Origin: Methyloversatilis sp.
GTDB lineage: Bacteria > Pseudomonadota > Gammaproteobacteria > Burkholderiales > Rhodocyclaceae
Length of the DNA stretch: 32,569 nt
Assembly (NCBI GenBank): GCA_036567405.1
Contig: DATCUL010000301.1
Span: 1 to 32,569, forward strand
Reading direction: 5' to 3'
Positions 28,381 to 32,569 of the stretch are shown piece by piece. Position 1 is the first letter of the stretch, and each line of letters starts with the position of its first letter. The notes below the pieces were generated by a model. The model ran no database searches. It had not been told where the DNA came from and saw only the letters and a list, made by a program, of their open reading frames with translations. The position numbers and the translations under genes were made by a program.

Positions 28381-30045
28381 TCAGTTTCTCTTGTACAGCA
28401 GGAATCTTTCGTGCCGGTCACCGGGGCGTCGGCCTTCCCACAGCAGTGACCATTTTGCGTTCAGACGGGGCGGTTTGCCGCCCCGTCCGTGATAAGCCAG
28501 CAGTACGTCGCACTTCCGGTCGGCGTTACCTGCCATCTTGAACATCTTCACGTCGGCAAAGTAATAAAACACTGCGCGCTGGCTGTCCTGCAGACCACTG
28601 TAGGCGACGCATTTATGCGACGCCGGCAGCGCTTCGGCCATCCGCTGCGCAACCTCGCGGTAGGAGCGGCCGTACTCGATCCACGGTAGCCACAAATTGC
28701 TGACCAGAAACCATATCAATACCATGCCGCAGGCCCACGTGACCGCGCCGCGGGTGCTCGTTCGTGGCGAACGCCACAACATCCACAGCCATGCAGAACT
28801 GATGGCACCTGCAAGCAGCAGCGACCACCACGACAGAGGCATTTCAAAACCCGGTTCGAGCCGGGAGAAAGTGCGCGCGAGGTGGGCTGGCCAGCCGGTG
28901 ATCATCGCAGTCCAGCCCAGCCAGATAATGAGGCCGAGCAGTGAAAATGTCATGACACCGAACCAGTCGAGCGCATTTGCCGCACCACGCCGCAAGGTCG
29001 GCATCGAGGCGCTGCCCAGCACGACAAGCGGCGCGAGCAGCGGCAGTGCCCGCTGGTTGCGGACGACACTGTCGCCGCTGAGCTGTATGAACAGCAGGAC
29101 GAACAGCAGCAGTGGCAGCACCAGAACCGGCGAGCGCCATTGCTGTCGCCGCTTCCATATCGCCCAGCCGGTCAGGGGCAGGGCCGGCCATGCGAACCAG
29201 GCCATGACCTTGAGCCACTTTGCGGCACCACTCACGAACAACGTGCTTTCCGGCAGCAAGCGTTCGATGTCCTGCTGCAGCACACGTGCGGCGAAGTCCG
29301 GATTCGACTGACTGAGCGCAATGAGCCAGGCGCCGGCCAGCAGCGCTCCCAGCGTCATGGACACCGGAAGTGCCGTCATGCGCAGTGGCGAGCCGGCCAC
29401 GGAACGCCATACGGGAAGTGCCGGCATCGCGGCGGCGGTGGCCAGCAATATCGCCGTGAGCCACAGGCCCGCACCCAGACCGGATACAGCCAGCGCGAGC
29501 ACCAGTACTGCCCCGCCCTGCGCTGGCTTGCGCGCGATCAGCGCCAGTGCCCACATCCCCAAGCCCAGTGCGGCAAGTAGCGTCGTGGCGGGCTGGGCAT
29601 CATGTACGTGGAGCACGGAGCCTATGCACGCGATGCACAGCAGCGGCGCCAGACGGGCAGCAGGCGCGCCGTAGAGTTCGCGCGCGGCGCCAGCGCTTCC
29701 CCACAACCAGAGCGCAACGAAGAATGCACTCGCGAGGCGAGCGCCATCCGCGAAGCTCGCACCTAGCCACCCGGCAGCCTGCCCGGTCAGCGCTGCAATC
29801 CAGTGGAACAGCGGCGGCAGGTCGAGCCATACCTGACCTGCCAGATGGGGTACCAGCCAGTCGCCCTCGCGGGCGAACGCCAGTGCGATGCCTATGTGCA
29901 GCGCATCGTCGCCCTTGCCCGGATCCCTGCCGAACAGGCCAGTGAATATGTACAGCAGGCCGATGGCGATCACGAACGCCGTCTGCGGTGGATCGGTGAT
30001 CAAGGGCGGACGGAAGGACTGGCGCATCTGCGGCGGAACCGGCAT
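28381..30045 (-). CDS. ArnT/PMT-like (GT-C fold) inner-membrane glycosyltransferase
   Basis: Many TM helices; GLFGRDP.K.DD, GDWLVP.LAG..W...PPL..W; position downstream of rpmE as in other betaproteobacteria; start uncertain (30027 or 30045). Confidence 0.82.
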   Translation of the reverse strand: MPVPPQMRQSFRPPLITDPPQTAFVIAIGLLYIFTGLFGRDPGKGDDALHIGIALAFAREGDWLVPHLAGQVWLDLPPLFHWIAALTGQAAGWLGASFADGARLASAFFVALWLWGSAGAARELYGAPAARLAPLLCIACIGSVLHVHDAQPATTLLAALGLGMWALALIARKPAQGGAVLVLALAVSGLGAGLWLTAILLATAAAMPALPVWRSVAGSPLRMTALPVSMTLGALLAGAWLIALSQSNPDFAARVLQQDIERLLPESTLFVSGAAKWLKVMAWFAWPALPLTGWAIWKRRQQWRSPVLVLPLLLFVLLFIQLSGDSVVRNQRALPLLAPLVVLGSASMPTLRRGAANALDWFGVMTFSLLGLIIWLGWTAMITGWPAHLARTFSRLEPGFEMPLSWWSLLLAGAISSAWLWMLWRSPRTSTRGAVTWACGMVLIWFLVSNLWLPWIEYGRSYREVAQRMAEALPASHKCVAYSGLQDSQRAVFYYFADVKMFKMAGNADRKCDVLLAYHGRGGKPPRLNAKWSLLWEGRRPGDRHERFLLYKRN

Positions 30046-30134
30046 CGGATCGGATGTACGTGAGTGGCGGGGGGATTTTATGGGCAGGCAGGCGCGGCGT
30101 GTCCGTCCGACATCGAAAAGCCGGCGCAAAAACG

Positions 30135-30161
30135 AAAAAAGGCAGCCTGTGGCTGCCTTTT
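30135..30161 (-). terminator. intrinsic terminator of rpmE
   Basis: AAAAAA-GGCAGCC-TGT-GGCTGCC-TTTT. Confidence 0.8.
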
Positions 30162-30190
30162 CTGGCGTGCGGTAATCGCGTGTGGTGCGA

Positions 30191-30403
30191 TCAGCCGCGC
30201 GGCACGTTTGCGTACTTCTGGCGGAAGCGCTCCACGCGGCCAGCCGTATCGACGATCTTCTGCTTGCCCGTGTAGAACGGATGGCAGGCCGAGCACACTT
30301 CGATGTGCAGCGGCTTGCCCAGCGTGGAACGCGTTTCGAACGTGTTGCCGCAGGAGCAGGTCACGGCGACCACTGCGTAATTGGGGTGAATGCCTTCTTT
30401 CAT
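30191..30403 (-). CDS. rpmE: 50S ribosomal protein L31 (type A, Zn-binding)
   Basis: [32 protein letters not shown]. Confidence 0.97.
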   Translation of the reverse strand: MKEGIHPNYAVVAVTCSCGNTFETRSTLGKPLHIEVCSACHPFYTGKQKIVDTAGRVERFRQKYANVPRG

Positions 30404-30520
30404 GCTGGTTTCTTTCTCAAGCGCGGCGTGACGGGAGGCCACGGCTGCGGATCATCGAACCCCGGGTCGGCTGCGCCTAGACTGGCTGTTGCAGACGGTG
30501 CCCAAGGAGGAAAAACCAGC

Positions 30521-30549
30521 ATTATGGAGTGAATTCCTCTCCGATTCAA
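30521..30549 (-). promoter_or_regulatory. sigma70-type promoter of rpmE
   Basis: Minus strand TTGAAT-17 bp-CATAAT; the -35 box overlaps the transglutaminase stop codon. Confidence 0.55.
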
Positions 30550-31451
30550 GTTACCGGTGTCATCGGCTCGATGTCGGGTGTCACCGTGACGCTGACGTCC
30601 ACGCTGTGTTCGCCACCGCCGAGGATGACGCCGCGCATCGGCGTCACGTCGCTGAAGTCACGTCCCCAGGCGACAGTGATGTGCTGGTGATCCGGCTGTA
30701 CGCAGTTGGTCGGATCGAAATCAACCCAGCCTGCGCCCGGGCAGAACACGGAAACCCAGGCGTGCGAGGCGTCGGCGCCAACCAGTCGCGGCTGTCCGGG
30801 GGGCGGGAGGGTCAGCAGGTAGCCGCTGACATAGCGGGCCGGGAGTCCGAGCGAACGCAGGCTGCCTATCATCAGGTGAGCGAAGTCCTGGCAGACGCCG
30901 CGTTTTTCCCGGAGCAGCGTCTCCAGCGGCGTGCTGACCGTGGTGGCCTCGGGATCGAATTCGAAATCCCGGTGTATGCGCTCCATCAGTGCGCTGGCCG
31001 ACTCGAACAGCGGTCTTCCGCGGTGGAAGTCCAGTCGCGCGTAACGCGCAAGTGCAGCCAGCGGTTCGACATGCGGACTGGCGTACAGGTATTGGCACGG
31101 TTCGAGCAGCGGTGCCGGGCCGACCTGGCGCAGCCGGTCTCGCACGAATTCCCAGGCCGGAGAAACCGGTGCGTCGCTGCCCGTACGTCCGATCACGTCT
31201 ATCGTCGATTCAGCGATGACGACCAGTTCGTCGTGTGCGGTGCCCACCGCAAAATGCTCGAGCCGGTTGCCGAAATAGTCGCATCGGGTGCCCCGTTCGG
31301 CAGGCGCAGGCTCGACGGTGATGCGGTGGGTCAGCGTGTGCTGCCGCGGTGTTTCGCGCGGTGTCAGATGCACGAGCTGGCGCGACAGCGATACCGGGTG
31401 TGCGTAGCGGTAGCGTGTTTCGTGCAGGACGTGATAACGGACGCGTGTCAT
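30546..31451 (-). CDS. transglutaminase-like protein with Bact_transglu_N domain
   Basis: N-terminal H.T.Y.Y and D.FGN motifs; Cys-His-Asp triad GVCQDFAH / ASHAW / FDPTN; GRDF.DV.P. Confidence 0.93.
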   Translation of the reverse strand: MTRVRYHVLHETRYRYAHPVSLSRQLVHLTPRETPRQHTLTHRITVEPAPAERGTRCDYFGNRLEHFAVGTAHDELVVIAESTIDVIGRTGSDAPVSPAWEFVRDRLRQVGPAPLLEPCQYLYASPHVEPLAALARYARLDFHRGRPLFESASALMERIHRDFEFDPEATTVSTPLETLLREKRGVCQDFAHLMIGSLRSLGLPARYVSGYLLTLPPPGQPRLVGADASHAWVSVFCPGAGWVDFDPTNCVQPDHQHITVAWGRDFSDVTPMRGVILGGGEHSVDVSVTVTPDIEPMTPVT

Positions 31452-31452
31452 G

Positions 31453-32569
31453 TCAATCCTGCAGAGAGCCCGGCCACTGCGTGTCGGCATGGCTGAAGAA
31501 GCGCAGTCCGAGCTGTTCCGACAGCGCGAAGGCAGCGCTGCCCAGGCGTTCCAGGACGTCGAGCAGGTGCGGCGAACCCGTCCGGAAGTCCCGGTCGGCG
31601 CGCAGTGCGAGCATGTCGGCCACGGCGTCCGACAACGCTGCCGATTCGATGGCTCCGAACTGTGCTGCCAGGCGTGACAGATAATCGGCGAGCCCGAGCG
31701 CCTGGTAGGCCACCGAGCGCGGATTGGTCTCGTCGGCGACGAGCAGGTCGAGTACGGGCAGCCATTGCGGTCGCGTCATGTAGCGCGAACGGTATGTGAT
31801 GGTGCTGTCGGCCAGTTCCAGCAGCCAGTCGGGCGCATCGCCGCCTGCCTCGAGTGCGTGGCGCAGCACGCTGCTCATGAACTGCAGGCGTTCGATGCGC
31901 CTTCCGACCGACAGGAAGCGCCATCCCTGGTCGCGCGTCATGCCGTCGAGCGCGAAGCCGGACAGCGTCATCATGGCGAGCACGCACTGATCCAGCCGCT
32001 GCAGGACCTCGCCCAGATCGGCTGGTGTACCGTCGAGATCGCCGGCCAGCCGGCTGATGATGCGCCAGTTGTCGATCGACAGTCGTTCGCGCAGGCTGAA
32101 TGCCACGCCGGACAGCTGATGCAGGCCGGCGGCCAGCGATCCCGGGTATATCGGGTCGAGTACTGCTGCGTGGATGGCGGCTTCGACCGCTCCGGCGGAC
32201 AATGCGTCGAGTTCATCCGGCAGCAGGCCATTTTTCTGGCATAGATGCATCAGCGCGTGCTGCGCGATGTCACGATGTTCGATGTGTTGTGCGATGAGCG
32301 CACGCAGCAGCCGCGCCGTATTGTCGCAGCGTTCGCAGTAACGGCCGAACCAGAACAGGTTCTCGACGACGCGGCTGGACAGGTTGGTGCCAGCCCGCAC
32401 CAGTTCGGATGGACTGATGGAACGGCGTAGCAGGCTGAAGGTGTTGACGGTGCCGTGCGTCATCACCCAGGTGTCCTTGCTCGAGCCGCCGCGCTGCATC
32501 GCGATCACCCGCGCATCGTGCTCCGACGCCACGCGGGTGAGACCCCCCGGCATTACCGTGTAGCCGCCG
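31453..32569 (-). CDS. circularly permuted type 2 ATP-grasp protein fused to alpha-E domain (5' truncated by window end)
   Basis: ATP-grasp C-terminal MPGGLTRV...GGSSKDTWV, then alpha-E ER motifs (ENLFWFGRYCER, GRRIER, NPRSV.YQ); frame stays open to the window edge. Confidence 0.9.
   Translation of the reverse strand, partial: GGYTVMPGGLTRVASEHDARVIAMQRGGSSKDTWVMTHGTVNTFSLLRRSISPSELVRAGTNLSSRVVENLFWFGRYCERCDNTARLLRALIAQHIEHRDIAQHALMHLCQKNGLLPDELDALSAGAVEAAIHAAVLDPIYPGSLAAGLHQLSGVAFSLRERLSIDNWRIISRLAGDLDGTPADLGEVLQRLDQCVLAMMTLSGFALDGMTRDQGWRFLSVGRRIERLQFMSSVLRHALEAGGDAPDWLLELADSTITYRSRYMTRPQWLPVLDLLVADETNPRSVAYQALGLADYLSRLAAQFGAIESAALSDAVADMLALRADRDFRTGSPHLLDVLERLGSAAFALSEQLGLRFFSHADTQWPGSLQD

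Overview
GC-rich betaproteobacterial core chromosome. It looks Rhodocyclales/Sterolibacteriaceae-like, possibly a Methyloversatilis-type methylotroph, but that is inferred only from gene order and protein style. The window probably opens on the 3' CCA end of a tRNA-Ser and its terminator. It then carries an NMT1/THI5-type ABC transporter, a 4xPAS-GGDEF diguanylate cyclase, a small conserved-looking orphan, HAD-hda-AI-2E/purM, rpmBG-radC/coaBC-dut and a stand-alone monoheme cytochrome c. A ~12 kb block gathers the whole isocitrate branch point (aceB, LysR, aceA, rraA-like, clpAS, cold-shock gene, icd, aceK, rluE). The remainder is DUF192-pdxH, pgi, an ArnT-like glycosyltransferase, rpmE and the 3' part of a circularly permuted ATP-grasp/alpha-E + transglutaminase locus cut by the window edge. 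I see no mobile element, prophage or CRISPR array. The best candidates for under-described biology are the ATP-grasp/alpha-E/transglutaminase peptide-tagging locus, the glyoxylate-switch cluster with its regulatory motifs, and several structured leaders. I cannot claim a definitely new system from the sequence alone.
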